The notes under the pieces are model-generated. The model saw only the letters and a list, made by a program, of their open reading frames with translations. It ran no database searches and was not told the origin of the DNA. A DNA stretch of 64,000 nt from an uncultured Acidobacteriaceae bacterium. GTDB lineage: Bacteria > Acidobacteriota > Terriglobia > Terriglobales > Acidobacteriaceae. The position numbers were made by a program, and so were the translations under genes. The stretch's first letter is position 1, and the number at the start of each line of letters is the position of its first letter. Of the stretch, positions 1 to 11,498 are shown in pieces. The stretch is taken from the NCBI GenBank assembly GCA_963758835.1, contig CAVWWZ010000015.1:128249-192248 (forward strand). Reading direction: 5' to 3'.

Positions 1-1659
1 CATCAGGTAGCGGATCCGCAACGTGCGCCGGAATGACAGCTGCCATAGCCGCTGCCCAGGCCGTGAATGCGTTCGATCGACGCCGTGCGCAAACGCTGCG
101 ATAGCCGCGCGACAGCCAGCCGATGTGCGTCCAGTCAAGCACGTCGTACTTGTGCTCTTCGCCTTGCAGCAGGATCGCTGCCAGCGCCGGCGACAGCGTC
201 AGCGCGTTGAACAGCGAGATCGCAATCGAGAACGCGATGGTCAGCGAGAACTGCTTGTAGAGAATGCCAGTCGTGCCCGGGAAGAACGACACCGGCACGA
301 ACACCGAAATCAGCACCAGCGAAGTGGCGATGACGGCGCTGGACACTTCTGCCATGGCCACCGAAGTCGCGGTATGCGGATCGGTCTTGTCTTCGTTGAT
401 GTGCCGCTGCGCGTTCTCGATGACGACGATGGCGTCATCGACCACCAAGTCCGGTGGCCAGCGTGATTCCGAACAGCGTCAGCGAATTGATGGAGAAGTC
501 GAAGATCTTGATGAAGGCAAACGTTCCGATCAGCGAAACCGGAATGGTGATGGCCGGAATGATCGTGGCGCGCCAGTCGAGCAGGAAGAGGAAGATGACG
601 ACGATGACGATGAGGATCGCTTCTTCCAGCGTGGTCACCACTTCCCGCACCGAGTCGCCCACCACGGTCGTCGTATCGAACGCGATAACGTACTTGATGC
701 CCGGAGGAAAAGACTTCGACAGCTCCGCCAGCGCGGCCTTGGCGGCTTTGTCGACCTCCAGCGCATTCGCGTTCGAAAGCTGCTGCACGCCGATGCCGAT
801 GGCTTCGTGGCCGCTGTACAGCAGGTTGGTGTCGTAGCTTTCGGCGCCAATCTCCGCCCGCCCAACGTCCTTCAGCTGCACGATGCCGTTGGGCGTGTTC
901 TTGATGATGATGTTTTCAAATTCGCGCGGGATCGGAAAGCCGGCCGACAACGCGCAGCGTGATCTGAAAGTTCTGCTTCGGATCGGCGGGCGGCCGGCCC
1001 AGCTGGCCTGCCGGAATTTCGACGTTCTGCTCCTGCAGCGCCGCCACTACATCGGCCGCGGTCAGGTTGCGCGGCGCCAGCTTGTGGGATCGAGCCAGAT
1101 GCGCATGGCGTACTTGCGCTCGCCGAAGATGACGACGTCGCCCACGCCCGGAATGCGCTTCAGCGCGTCCTTGACATAAACGTCGAGATAGTTCGAGATG
1201 TACTGGTTTGAGAGGCTGCCGTCGGGCGAATAGAAGCCGGCGGCGAAGACGAAGTTCGGATTCGCCTTGGTGATGGTGATGCCGGTGTTCTTGATTTCCT
1301 GCGGCAGCCGGCCCTGCGCGGTGGCCACGCGGTTCTGCACGTCGACCGCGGCGATGTTCAGGTCGTAGCCGGTGCGGAAAATCACGTTGATGTTGCTGGT
1401 GCCGTCGTTGGAACTGGTCGAGGTGATGTAGTGCATGCCCTCGACGCCGTTGATCTGCTGCTCCAGCGGGATGGTCACCGCCGACTCCACCACCTGCGCA
1501 TTGGCGCCGACGTAGTTGCTGGTGACGGTGACCTGCGGCGGCGCAAGCGTCGGATACAGCGAGATGGGCAGCGACGGGATGCAAACCGCGCCCGCAAGAA
1601 TGATCAGCAGAGGCGCAGACCGTCGCAAAAATGGGTCGCTGAATGAAAAAATCAACCAC
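1..1659 (-). CDS. RND (AcrB/HAE1-type) efflux permease, N-terminal part. The rest lies left of the window. The frame is broken at least 3 times.
   Basis: The gene starts MVDFFIQRPIFATV at 1659. It continues in other frames as SLYPTLAPPQVTVTSNYVGANAQVVESAVTIPLEQQINGVEGM (ORF 1062-1655) and [47 protein letters not shown] (ORF 435-950). These are typical AcrB TM1/porter and TM2-4 segments. Confidence 0.85.
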
Positions 1660-1695
1660 TGGATTCCTATCCTGGGCCGCGCCCCGCGCGGCCGG

Positions 1696-2858
1696 TTAAC
1701 TCATCGGTTGAACCGGCACACCGTCGTTCAGGAACTGAGTTCCCGAGATGATCACTTGATCGCCCGGCTTCAGTCCGCCGATGACCGCATAGTCATTGCC
1801 GATGGTGTCGCCCAGGTCACCGCGCGCTGCTTGGCCACATGACCATTCCACTTGCCACCGCGACATAGACAAACGACTGGCCGCCGATGCGGGTGACCGC
1901 CAGCACCGGAACAGTCGGCGCCGGAGCGGTGCTCCAGACCACTCGCGCCTTCACCAACTGCGCGTTGCGAAAGCGGTCCAGCGACGCATGGATCGGCGCC
2001 TTCACCAGAATTCCCTGCATCGCGTTGTCGACTTGCTGCGAGACGAAGTAGATCTTGGTGGTCTCGATCAGCTCGCCGGTGCTGGTGACAATCTGCACCG
2101 GCAGGCCCATGCGAATGTCGCCGGCAAGTTCGGTCGGAATGTAGATGTAGGCTTCCAGGTCGGCGTTTTCGTCGACCGTGGTCAGCAGCGTCTGCGATGA
2201 AACATAGTCGCCGAGGTGCACCGGAATGTCGCCGACGACGCCGTCGAACGGCGCCGTCAGATTGTAGTACGCAAGCTGCTGCTGCTGCGTTACCCGTGGC
2301 GGCCTGTGGCCGATCCCAGCGGCCTTGGAATTCTCGAAGGCCTGCACCGCCTGCTCGTAGGTTTGCTTGCTGGTGACGCCCGCCTCGAAAAGCCCCTTCT
2401 GCCGCTCCAGCTCGCTCTTGTTGTACTCGTAGGTGGCCTTCTTCTGCGCTTCGGTGCTGCGCTGCTGGTCGACCGATGCCTGCTGCTTCAGCGGATCGAT
2501 GGTCATCAGCACCTGTCCGGCACGTACGTGATCGCCCGACTTCACCAGGATCGCGTGAGGGTGCCATCGACCTGCGGCTGGATGCTGGCCGAACGGCGCG
2601 ACTTGATGGTGGCCACATATTCGGTCGGTCTGCGGCACCGGCTGCAGATCACCGCCTGGGTCTTCACCGGCATGGCCTGCGGCGGCGGGAGCTGTTTAGC
2701 CTGGTCCTGTTGCAGCCCACACCCAAAGCCAGCGCGCCGGTGGATAATGTACCCAAAAGTACAAATTTAATTGTTGCGAATTCCCCACAGTCAAACCTCA
2801 GTTTGTTGAGAAGATGCTGAAAGGTGCTAACCGGCTTCAGACTTTCTCGTATCATCAT
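1696..2858 (-). CDS. RND efflux periplasmic adaptor (membrane fusion protein), frameshifted
   Basis: A lipoprotein-like signal IKFVLLGTLSTGALALGVGC lies in ORF 2664-2858. The core VKSGDHVRAGQVLMTIDP...YYNLTAPFDGVVGDIPVHLGDYV lies in ORF 1817-2638. The C-terminus GGLKPGDQVIISGTQFLNDGVPVQPMS is in a third frame ending at TAA 1696-1698. The gene sits directly upstream of the RND permease. The start is uncertain. Confidence 0.8.
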
Positions 2859-3039
2859 CGAGAGTCCGAAAACGGGGCACCGTGGAATGGATGGCGTCTC
2901 GCTAGTTTAGCAGAGCGAGAACTGTTGGTTGTGGTGCTACTTGTCGGGTCACGAATGCCATAACGAGTCCAGAGTCACAAAATGGCCACGCCAGAAAAAA
3001 CGAAAAAAACGGTTCAATTAGCGCCTCCGCGTAGTAACG

Positions 3040-4234
3040 GTGGACGCACGGTTCGCCTGGCGACGATTCGCGTCGCTGGCGCTTCTACTGCTAATCGCCA
3101 TTGCGTGGACAATAGGGCGTAAGCCACATGCCATTGTGACCGCGGACGCAAAATCACCCGATCCTACGACGGTAGCTGCAAAATCGCCGATGCTCCGGCC
3201 CCTGGCCCCCACGCTCCATCTTCTAAATCCTTATTCGGACCGACGATCGCGAATAAAACTGTTTCTCCGGCTCCAGCTCCCGGCGGAATGGTATGGATTC
3301 CCGGCGGCGAGTTTTCCATGGGCGCCAACGATCCGCCGGACATGGACGAAGTCGGCATGAAGGCCACGGAGGACGCGCGCCCAATTCATCGCGTCTACGT
3401 CGACGGCTTCTTCATGGACAAGACCGACGTCACCAACGCGGAGTTCGCAAAGTTCGTGAAGGCTACCGGCTACATCACCGTCGCCGAGCGCAAGCCGCAG
3501 GCCGAAGATTTTCCCGGCGCGCCGCCGGAAAATCTGGTCGCCGGATCGGTGTGTCTTCGCGCCGCCCGATCATCCCGTGCCGCTCAACGATCACTATGCA
3601 ATGGTGGAGCTACGTTCACGGCGCGAACTGGCGGCATCCGCTCGGCCCGGGCAGCGACATCAAGGGCAAGGACAACTTTCCCGTCGTCCAGGTCGCCTAT
3701 CGACGACGCGGAGGCCTACGCCAAGTGGGCGGGCAAGCGACTGCCGACCGAAGCCGAATGGGAGTTCGCCGCGCGCGGCGGCCTGGCCGGCAAGCCCTTT
3801 GTCTGGGGCGACTGACTTCCGGCCCAACGGCAAGTGGATGGCGAACACGCACCAGGGACATTTCCCGACCAGGACACGGGCGCCGACGGCTATCACCGGC
3901 ATCGCTCCGGTCGCGCAGTTTCCGCCCAACGGATACGGCCTGTACGACATGGCCGGCAACGTCTGGCAATGGACCAGCGACTGGTATCGTCCCGACTACT
4001 ACCAAGCAGATTGGCAGCGCACGGCGTCGTACGCGCAATCCCAAGGGTCCGGATTCTTCCTTCGATCCCGCCGAGCCGACCGAACACAAGAGAGTGCATC
4101 GCGGCGGGTCGTTCCTCTGCACCGATCAATATTGCTCCCGCTACATCGTCGGCACCCGCGGCAAAGGCGAAGTCAGCACCGGAACGAATCACCTGGGCTT
4201 CCGCTGCGTGAAAGATGTAAAGGGAACGAGTTAG
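3040..4234 (+). CDS. Formylglycine-generating enzyme (SUMF1/FGE) family protein, frameshifted
   Basis: An N-terminal membrane anchor is in ORF 3040-3360. Across three frames the gene reads [17 protein letters not shown]...[55 protein letters not shown] and [16 protein letters not shown]...HLGFRCV. Confidence 0.8.
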
Positions 4235-4290
4235 TCAGTTGCAAGGTCGGTACTGTTATTCCTGTGCGCATCACTCCGGTCACGGCATTA

Positions 4291-4575
4291 CTACGCAGCG
4301 CACTCCGCAGCTACGAGAGCAGCTTCACGTGCAGGGTTCAGTCGACTTGCAAGCCGTGCGGCGATCTTCACAGTGAGCAATCGCCATTCACGAGCTGAAG
4401 CAGGCAGAACATTGATGGCCAGCAACTCGTCCAGCCAGTCTTCCGCAGACTGCTCCGCCTGCTGTGGCCCGAACAACTCGGTCACGACACGAAAGAATGC
4501 CGCCAACTCCTGCTCGGCCATCGTTACCAGGTCGCTGCAATTCTGTTTCTTCTTATCAAGCGCGAGTTGATTCAT
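4291..4575 (-). CDS. Hypothetical protein (94 aa)
   Basis: The ORF is intact. The internal start MNQLALDKKK at 4575 is preceded by GGAGG (reverse complement of cctcc at 4580-4584). No family was recognised. Confidence 0.4.
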   Translation of the reverse strand: MNQLALDKKKQNCSDLVTMAEQELAAFFRVVTELFGPQQAEQSAEDWLDELLAINVLPASAREWRLLTVKIAARLASRLNPAREAALVAAECAA

Positions 4576-4643
4576 GTGCCTCCTTCCTGCGCTGAACAAA
4601 GTGGTCTGATGTCTCACTAGCGTCTGTTGCTATTTGCATGAAC

Positions 4644-5538
4644 TTACGCTGCTACCTTACTTACGAAATAGTGTTCCTCGAGATCGGCGATGAGCCCTGG
4701 TTGCTCGGATGCCAACCCAGCTGTTCTTGAGTCTTCGCGCTTGAAGCTGGGCCGTCAATGCTAAAGAAAGTGCCATCCAACCAAAGTGCTCAGCTGCCTC
4801 CTCGGGAGATTCGCGACCACCGGCAAGTTCTGCCGCCTGCCGATAACCTCACTGATGCCTCTAGTCGGTACGCCCTCGTCCGCGACCGCCGTGATAACGC
4901 GCTCCTGCGGAACCCTTCTCCAGCGCCAGCCTATAAAGACGAGCAGCATCGAGCCGGTGCACCGCGGGCCAGCGGTTACGCCCGTCACCCACATACGCCG
5001 AAACACCCTTTTCACGCGCAATGCCGATGAGATGCGGCACGAAGCCGTGATCGCCTGTCGCCATGGACCGAGGGCGGCAGGCGCACCACAGACGCGCTCA
5101 CCCCCGCGACGCCAACGCAAGCGCTGCCTCTTCCGACTTGCGAGGAAAGCTGGGAGTTGGTGCGTCGTCTTCCGTTGCGAGCGAGCCTTGGCGGTTAACA
5201 GCCAAAGTGCCCGAAGTGACGATTAACGGGCGGTCAGAACCCACGAGTGCTGCTCCGAGTGTCTCGATCGCGCGTCGATCCGCTTCCGCGGCCGGACCAA
5301 AGTTTGCGAAGTCGTGAATGAAGGCCAGGTGAATCACACCATCCGCGGCGGCCGCTCCGCTCCGCAGGCTCTCGAGATCGTCGAGCGAGCCGCGATGTAC
5401 TTTCGCTCCTGCGGTGGCTAGCGATTGAGCCGCCTTATCCGAGCGCGCCAGCCCAAGCACCTGATGGCCCGCGCTCTGTAACTCCTGCACGACTGCTTCG
5501 CCGATAAATCCGGTTGCTCCTGTAACAAATACGTTCAT
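4644..5538 (-). CDS. NAD(P)-binding atypical SDR / NmrA-like epimerase family protein, frameshifted
   Basis: The N-terminus [20 protein letters not shown] is a Rossmann GxxGxxG motif (ORF 5098-5538). The gene continues as [45 protein letters not shown] (ORF 4861-5064) and in further frames. The 3' end is approximate. Confidence 0.7.
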
Positions 5539-5575
5539 AGATCCTCCTTGTATGAATTGCGCGGAGCACCAATCC

Positions 5576-6472
5576 TCAGTCCGCGATCACTGTCTCGGAA
5601 CTTCGACCAATCGAGTCGAGATCGGCAAGCACTTCAGTAGGAATCTGCAGCTTCGCAGCCTCAAGATTCTCGCGAAGATGCGCGACGGACGACGTTCCGG
5701 GGATTAGCAAAATGTTGCGCGAGCGTTGCAGAAGCCATGCGAGCGCAAGCTGCATCGGCGTAACGTTCAGTGATGCTGCCGCCTTGTCGAGCACGGACGA
5801 TTGCAATGGGGTGAAGCCTCCCAGCGGAAAAAACGGAACGTAAGCAATGCCATTGCGTCGCGAGCTCATCGATGAAGCGATCATCGTTCCGGTGCGCCAC
5901 GTTGTAGAAGTTCTGCACGCAGACGATCTCGACAATGGTCTGAGCCTCGGCCACCTGCTTGGGAGTAACGTTGCTCAAGACCGATCTGGCGAATCAGTCC
6001 CTGACGCTTGAGCTCCGCGAGCACAGTCAGCGGTTCCTCGATCGATCCCTCCGACTGGCTCGGCAAATCCTCCGACACGGAGATTGACAACATCGAGCGT
6101 ATCGAGCACCAAGATTTCTCAGGTTGTCATGCACGCGTCGATGAGCTCCTGACGAGAAAGTGCGTGAATCCACGACTTATCGTCGCCGCGACGAGCGCCC
6201 ACCTTGGTGACGATCACAAGCCCCTTCGGATAAGGATGGAGCGCCCGCTTGATCAACTGATTGGTCACATGCGGACCGTAGTAATCGCTGGTATCGATGT
6301 GGTTCACGCCGGACTCTACCGCCTCTGCGCAGAACAGCAATGGCAGCATCCACATCACGCGGCGGTCCCCACACCTGCGGACCGGCAAGTTGCATCGCGC
6401 CATACCCATACGGTTCACTGTCATAGACGTGCCCGGCAGCGTGAAGCTGCCGCCTAGAGCGGTATCAATCAT
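5576..6472 (-). CDS. Aldo/keto reductase family oxidoreductase, frameshifted
   Basis: Fragments lie in four frames: [23 protein letters not shown] (6119-6472), [16 protein letters not shown]-like (5881-6093), [13 protein letters not shown] (5661-5978) and [21 protein letters not shown] (5576-5935). Confidence 0.8.
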
Positions 6473-6547
6473 TGCGTTTCCATCCTCGTCTGTAGTTCCA
6501 ATGCTGATGACGTTTTGGAGCGATTTTTATTGTCTAAGTGTTGAACC

Positions 6548-7538
6548 TTAGAACGACTCTCCGACCAGCTCTTCGCTTTTCTTCCAGAGCGCCTCGGCAT
6601 TGTTTGGATCGAGCGCATAGCCGCGCACTCCTTCGCTTATGGCGCTAATGGTTAGGTCGTCCGGCACGATCTGGCCGACGTGGCAGTTCTCGCAATACTG
6701 CCCGCCGATCTCGTCTGCCGGAGCAACGACCGCTGCCCATACCGAAGTTGCGGCTCCCTGAGGAATGGTCTTCCACTGGAAGGGGGCCTTGCCCTCCGCT
6801 GCAAGCTGCTGATTGATCTGCTCGACCATCGCTTGGAGCCGGCTTGGATCCATGTGGCGGCCCAGCTCGGTCTGTATACCTCCCGGATGCACAGCCGCAG
6901 CGCGCACTCCACGGTGACGGTGCCGCTGATCGAAAGCAACCGCGAAGAGGATGTTCGCCGTCTTCGATCGGCCATAGGCGACGAAGGGATCATAGGCTGT
7001 TCGCTCAAAGTTAGGATCGTCAAGATCGACGTTGGAGAAGCGATGTCCCGACGAAGACAGGTTAATGAGCCGGCCACCTGCCCGGAGCAGCGGTGCAATG
7101 CGATTGACGAAGACAAAGTGTCCGAGGTGATTGGTGCCGAACTGCGTTTCGAAGCCGTCCGTGGTATGGCCAAACGGCGTGGCCATCACTCCCGCATTGG
7201 CGATGACGACGTCGAAAGGCTCGCCCTTTGCCAGCAGTTTGTCGGCAGCAGGCTCGGACGCTCTTGAGGTTGGCAAGATCCAGCTCAACCAGGTCGAAGA
7301 CTTCCGCCATTGCCTGCCGCAGTCCTTCCGCACTTGTGCAGTTGCGACTCTCGCCTTCGTCAAGTCTCGCGCCGCGCCTACAACCTGCGCGCCATGCGCG
7401 ACAAGCGACCGCGCTGTCTCGACGCCGAATCCCTGCCGAAACTCCGGTGACCAGGATCCGTTTACCCTTCAGGTTCACGCCCGACAAAACCTCGTCTGTT
7501 GTTGAAGTCGCGCCAAATACTTCCACCATTGCCTTCAT
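6548..7538 (-). CDS. SDR family oxidoreductase (retinol dehydrogenase/WWOX-like), frameshifted
   Basis: MKAMVEVFGATSTTDEVLSGVNLKGKRILVTGVSAGI starts at 7538 behind an AAGGAGGAGGA Shine-Dalgarno sequence. The C-terminal 271 aa (ORF 6548-7363) read NAGVMATPFGHTTDGFETQFGTNHLGHF...SSSGHR...YGRSKTANILF. Confidence 0.8.
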
Positions 7539-7621
7539 TCCTTCCTCCTCCTTGTACGGACCCCGTTCGGAGCCCGTGTTCCCGCGTTGGTATTGACGCC
7601 CGCCGCGGATTGGAATAAAAC

Positions 7622-7668
7622 GGAGACTGTCTCCGAAACAATAGATAGGATAATCGGAGACTGTCTCC
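7622..7668. promoter_or_regulatory. Two identical 13-bp perfect palindromes GGAGACTGTCTCC (7622-7634, 7656-7668); candidate TetR operators in a divergent promoter region
   Basis: The sites were read directly from the sequence. Each is GGAGAC-T-GTCTCC and they are 34 bp apart centre to centre. They lie between the SDR start (7538, minus strand) and the TetR start (7689, plus strand). Confidence 0.6.
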
Positions 7669-7688
7669 GGTTGCAAAGATTTTTGTTA

Positions 7689-8274
7689 ATGGCCGACGAA
7701 AAAGTCACAACCTCTACGGCGAAGGCCGCGCACTGACGCGCAGCGCAATCGCGAGCGCATTCTGGCGGTGGCCAAGCAGGCGTTCGCCCGCTCCGGCGCA
7801 AATGCCAGCCTGGATGACATCGCTAAGACCGCAGAGGTAGGAGCGGGAACTCTGTATCGCCACTTCCCTACCCGCGATGCGCTGATTGAGGCGGTCTATC
7901 GCACTGAGGTAGAAAAGCTGGCGGCAGCAGAACGCAGGTTTACCGAGGCGATGCCTCCGATCGAGGCGTTACGCGCTTGGATGTTGTTGTTCGTTGATTA
8001 CATTGCGGCCAAGCAGATCATTGCCCCGGCGCTGAATACCTTTGTCGGAGGCCCCTCCAAGCTGTATGAAGGTTCCCGCGCTCTGGTTCAGGGAGCGATC
8101 GATGCCCTGGTGAAGCGTGCGATCAAGAGCGGCGACATTCGCAAAGACCTCGATCCCTTCGACCTACTGCGGGCACTTGTCGGTGTCTCGAACGTCGCGT
8201 CGAGCCCAGACTGGCAGCAAAGCGCCCGGAGACTGGTGGATATCCTTATTACGGGATCGCGGCCGGCCAAGTAG
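7689..8274 (+). CDS. TetR/AcrR family transcriptional regulator, one frameshift near 7735
   Basis: ATG at 7689 reads MADEKVTTSTAKAA. The frame then shifts into RNRERILAVAKQAFARSGANASLDDIAKTAEVGAGTLYRHFPTRDALIEAVY, the TetR helix-turn-helix (ORF 7768-8274). Confidence 0.85.
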
Positions 8275-8318
8275 ATTTGGATGGACCGATCAACTCAGAA
8301 GGGCAGACAGCGCTTCCC

Positions 8319-9266
8319 ATGACAGATAGTTCCGGACGGCTTACCAACCGAACCGCCCCCCGGTTTGCCTGGGCGGTTCTCATCTACATGTTGGGGGTAA
8401 TTCTCTGGGGCGCATATGTTCGAGCCAGCGGCTCCGGTGCTGGATGCGGCAATCACTGGCCGCTTTGCAACGGCGAGGTGATCCCCACATCGCCGTCCAC
8501 AGCGCGGCTGATTGAATTCACCCACCGACTCACCAGTGGACTTGCTCTCATATCAGTGTTGGTGCTCCTTTATCTGACGTGGCGCATTACCACCCGGCAT
8601 GCCTGGGCCCGTATCGCCGCCATGCTGTCGGTCGTCTTCATGCTGAACGAGGCTCTGCTCGGAGCATTGCTGGTGTTATTGCAGCACGTTGGGAATGACC
8701 AATCCGCATCACGTGCCGTCTTCCTGTCGCTGCACTTTGCCAATACCTTGTTGCTGATTGGCTCGATCACGCTCACCGCCGATTGGCTGAGCCACCCACC
8801 GGCTAGCAGTGACTTCAGCGGGAAAAAGGCCATAGCCACGGCTATCGGCCTGTTGGCCGTGATACTCATCGGGGTGAGTGGTGCCCTCGCCGCTCTCGGA
8901 GATACCCTGTTTCCTGCCACGTCGCTCAGCGGTTCAATCACCTCAGACTTCTCCGCAGCCAGCAATTTTCTGCTGCGCTTGCGCTTACTGCATCCAGTCT
9001 TGGCCGTGATCGGCGCAGCGTACTTGATCTGGCTCGTTGCGAGATGTGTTTTGAGCTCTTCGAGAGTTATTCGCCGGCTTGCTGTCGCGTTAACCGTGCT
9101 CGTCCTACTCCAACTCTGCTTGGGAGCCTTGAACGTTTTACTGCTTGCGCCGGTCTGGCTGCAGATGATGCACCTTCTGGTCGGAGATCTGGTCTGGGTT
9201 CTCGTGGTACTGGTCTCCGACCAGGCGTTGCGAATTCAACGGATGCCGCCGAGAGGCATCATCTAG
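8319..9266 (+). CDS. COX15/CtaA (heme A synthase) family membrane protein
   Basis: The ORF is intact. It has the GSGAGCGNHWPLCNG motif, IEFTHRL, and multiple TM helices with conserved His residues. An alternative TTG start lies at 8277. Confidence 0.6.
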   Translation: MTDSSGRLTNRTAPRFAWAVLIYMLGVILWGAYVRASGSGAGCGNHWPLCNGEVIPTSPSTARLIEFTHRLTSGLALISVLVLLYLTWRITTRHAWARIAAMLSVVFMLNEALLGALLVLLQHVGNDQSASRAVFLSLHFANTLLLIGSITLTADWLSHPPASSDFSGKKAIATAIGLLAVILIGVSGALAALGDTLFPATSLSGSITSDFSAASNFLLRLRLLHPVLAVIGAAYLIWLVARCVLSSSRVIRRLAVALTVLVLLQLCLGALNVLLLAPVWLQMMHLLVGDLVWVLVVLVSDQALRIQRMPPRGII

Positions 9267-9376
9267 CCACACTCGGCGCGAAAATACTGCAACGCTGAGA
9301 TGGAACGATGCGCACGACAAGTCTCGAAACCAATTTCTCCCGTGCCGCTCCAATTGGCTGAGAGGCAAGCCGTCTT

Positions 9377-9757
9377 TTAGGCTGCTTCCAGCACTGACAA
9401 GATGTTCCCAGCCGGATCCTTGAACCAGGCGATCGTCGGCCCGTTCCCGCGAGAAATTCCGCGCGCGTCTGTCTTCAAATTTGGTTCGTTATACACTTCA
9501 AACCGCACACCGCGCCGGCTCAGGTCCTCAACAGCTTTATCTACGCTTTCCACGGGAAAATTTAGAACGGTAAAGCTCGCCGCCTGGTGATTGGGTTTAG
9601 GGTACATCAGAGCTTTGGTGCCGCCGGAGAGGGGCACGACCAAAGTCCCTTCCGGCCCTGAGGAAACTTGCAGTCCTAACGTTTCGCCATAGAATTCCTT
9701 GGCTTTCTCAATATCGTTTACAGAAAAACTGCTGAATGCCTTGCTTGTGTCGAGCAT
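9377..9757 (-). CDS. VOC/glyoxalase family protein
   Basis: [29 protein letters not shown]...[13 protein letters not shown] is a glyoxalase-fold signature. An AGGAG Shine-Dalgarno sequence lies upstream of the 9757 start. Confidence 0.7.
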   Translation of the reverse strand: MLDTSKAFSSFSVNDIEKAKEFYGETLGLQVSSGPEGTLVVPLSGGTKALMYPKPNHQAASFTVLNFPVESVDKAVEDLSRRGVRFEVYNEPNLKTDARGISRGNGPTIAWFKDPAGNILSVLEAA

Positions 9758-10080
9758 AGAAACGTCTCCTAACTTTAGTAATGTCAGAATGCGCAACGGC
9801 GAAGGGCGTTGCCTTTGAGATGAGATTGCTATCACTTAGGGACCAACAACTTGCGCGTCACGCGAATACGTCAGGGAAACTTGGTTTCGAGAGCTTGCAA
9901 ACGTTCACAGAAGCGCTTGAAAGTAACGGTGGACACTAGGCTGATTCGCATGCCGCTGCGATCGATGTGGCGCTGCGCACGCGGCCAGTTTACAGTTGAT
10001 GCGCTTCACATGTGAATCCTAAGGGCAGGGTAAGCAGCGACAAACTTTGTTGACGGGCATCCAGAAGGGCGAGAACCGAC

Positions 10081-11433
10081 GTGTGGACACTCATCAGAAG
10101 GTCGCGATCGCCATCTCGATGCGGTCACATCCGCGTTGTAGGCCTTTTCGCTATTGCTCTCCTCGCGACGGCGTGCTCGACTAAGCCGGCGCCTTCAACG
10201 CAGACCGCGTCGACTCCTGCACCGTTATCCGGAACCAATACGACTGCTGCGTCTGACTCTACCGGCAGTACGTCGGGGCTCAAGCAAATCGACCGGGCTG
10301 CGCTGCAGACAATGCTGGATACGACGACCAAGGAACTCCTAATCCCTGGCGCCGTGGTCCTGTTGCGCTCACCCCAAGGAGAGCTCGCCATCACCTCGGG
10401 CACGACCTTGCTGGGCGCAAAAATTCCTCCCCGCGCCGACACCCACTTCAGGGCCGCCTCGAATACCAAGACAATGACGGCTGCGGTGATCCTGCAGCTC
10501 GCCCAGGAGAACAAGCTCAGTCTCGACGATCCGGTGTCGAAGTATGTCACGCACGTCCCCAACGGTAACAACATAACAATTGCCGAACTGCTCGAGATGC
10601 GTAGCGGCCTCTACAACTACACCGATGGCCCAGAAATTTGGACGAGCATGGACCATGACCCGACCAAGGTTTGGTCCTCCGCCGAATTGCTGGCTATTGC
10701 TTTCGCGCATCCACCCAACGCGCCGCCCAATACCGCCTATGAGTACAACAACACCAACTACGTGCTGCTCACCGTCATTGCCGAAAAGGTCGATGGCAAG
10801 CCGCTGGGCAGGTCGATGCAGGATCGGTTGTTCGGGCCTTTGCATTTGCAGCAAACCGAATTTCCCTTCCCTGCTGTAAACGCCATGCCTAATCCTTATT
10901 CGCACGGCTACCTGTACGGAAGTGCCTCGGTAGCTATGGTGGGAGAACCGCCTTATTCGCCCGAAATCAAAGCCGCTGCCCGGGCTGGCACCCTCCTGCC
11001 CAAGGACTTCACGGACATAAACCATTCGTTTGCTATGGGGGCTGGGGCTGTCATCTCCACCGCCGACGATCTCGCTACCTGGATTCAGGCACTGGTTGCC
11101 GGCCGCGTACTCAACGCCGCATATCAGCGCCGCTGGCTCGACAGCTTGCAGCCCGAGGACCCAAGCAAACCTGAAGGCCAACAATACGGGTATGGCATCA
11201 CCGAACTAATCTGGGGACCGAACACCATTTATTTTCACGGTGGCGAGACCCCTGGCTTCAACTCCTTCATAGGCTACGATCCAAAGAACCAGGTGACGCT
11301 CGTGGTCTGGACTAACCTCACCGTATCGCTCGACGAAAAGCCCACAGCCAATGCCATTATGTTGAAGGTGCTCGATCAGATCTACGCGCTCTCACCCCTG
11401 GCGCCTGCCTCATCATCTACTGCCAGTCATTAG
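10081..11433 (+). CDS. Serine hydrolase (beta-lactamase / DD-peptidase family), secreted
   Basis: The ORF is intact at 450 aa with a GTG start. It has a signal/lipobox-like LLATAC and the S-x-x-K motif in FRAASNTKTMTAAVILQL. Confidence 0.8.
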   Translation: MWTLIRRSRSPSRCGHIRVVGLFAIALLATACSTKPAPSTQTASTPAPLSGTNTTAASDSTGSTSGLKQIDRAALQTMLDTTTKELLIPGAVVLLRSPQGELAITSGTTLLGAKIPPRADTHFRAASNTKTMTAAVILQLAQENKLSLDDPVSKYVTHVPNGNNITIAELLEMRSGLYNYTDGPEIWTSMDHDPTKVWSSAELLAIAFAHPPNAPPNTAYEYNNTNYVLLTVIAEKVDGKPLGRSMQDRLFGPLHLQQTEFPFPAVNAMPNPYSHGYLYGSASVAMVGEPPYSPEIKAAARAGTLLPKDFTDINHSFAMGAGAVISTADDLATWIQALVAGRVLNAAYQRRWLDSLQPEDPSKPEGQQYGYGITELIWGPNTIYFHGGETPGFNSFIGYDPKNQVTLVVWTNLTVSLDEKPTANAIMLKVLDQIYALSPLAPASSSTASH

Positions 11434-11457
11434 TGCCGCCCGCCGGCGGGGAAATAA

Positions 11458-11498
11458 TAGGCACGAGGAGACTCGAACTACTGATCTCTACCGTGTCA
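11458..11498 (-). other. 41-nt degenerate duplicate of the 3' portion of tRNA-Val (att-like direct repeat)
   Basis: taggcacgaggagactcgaactActgatCtctaccgtgtca matches 12264-12304 at 39/41 positions. Both mismatches lie in the T-arm region; the one at 11480 breaks a T-stem pair and the one at 11486 falls in the variable loop, so the copy is not a functional tRNA. Confidence 0.8.
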
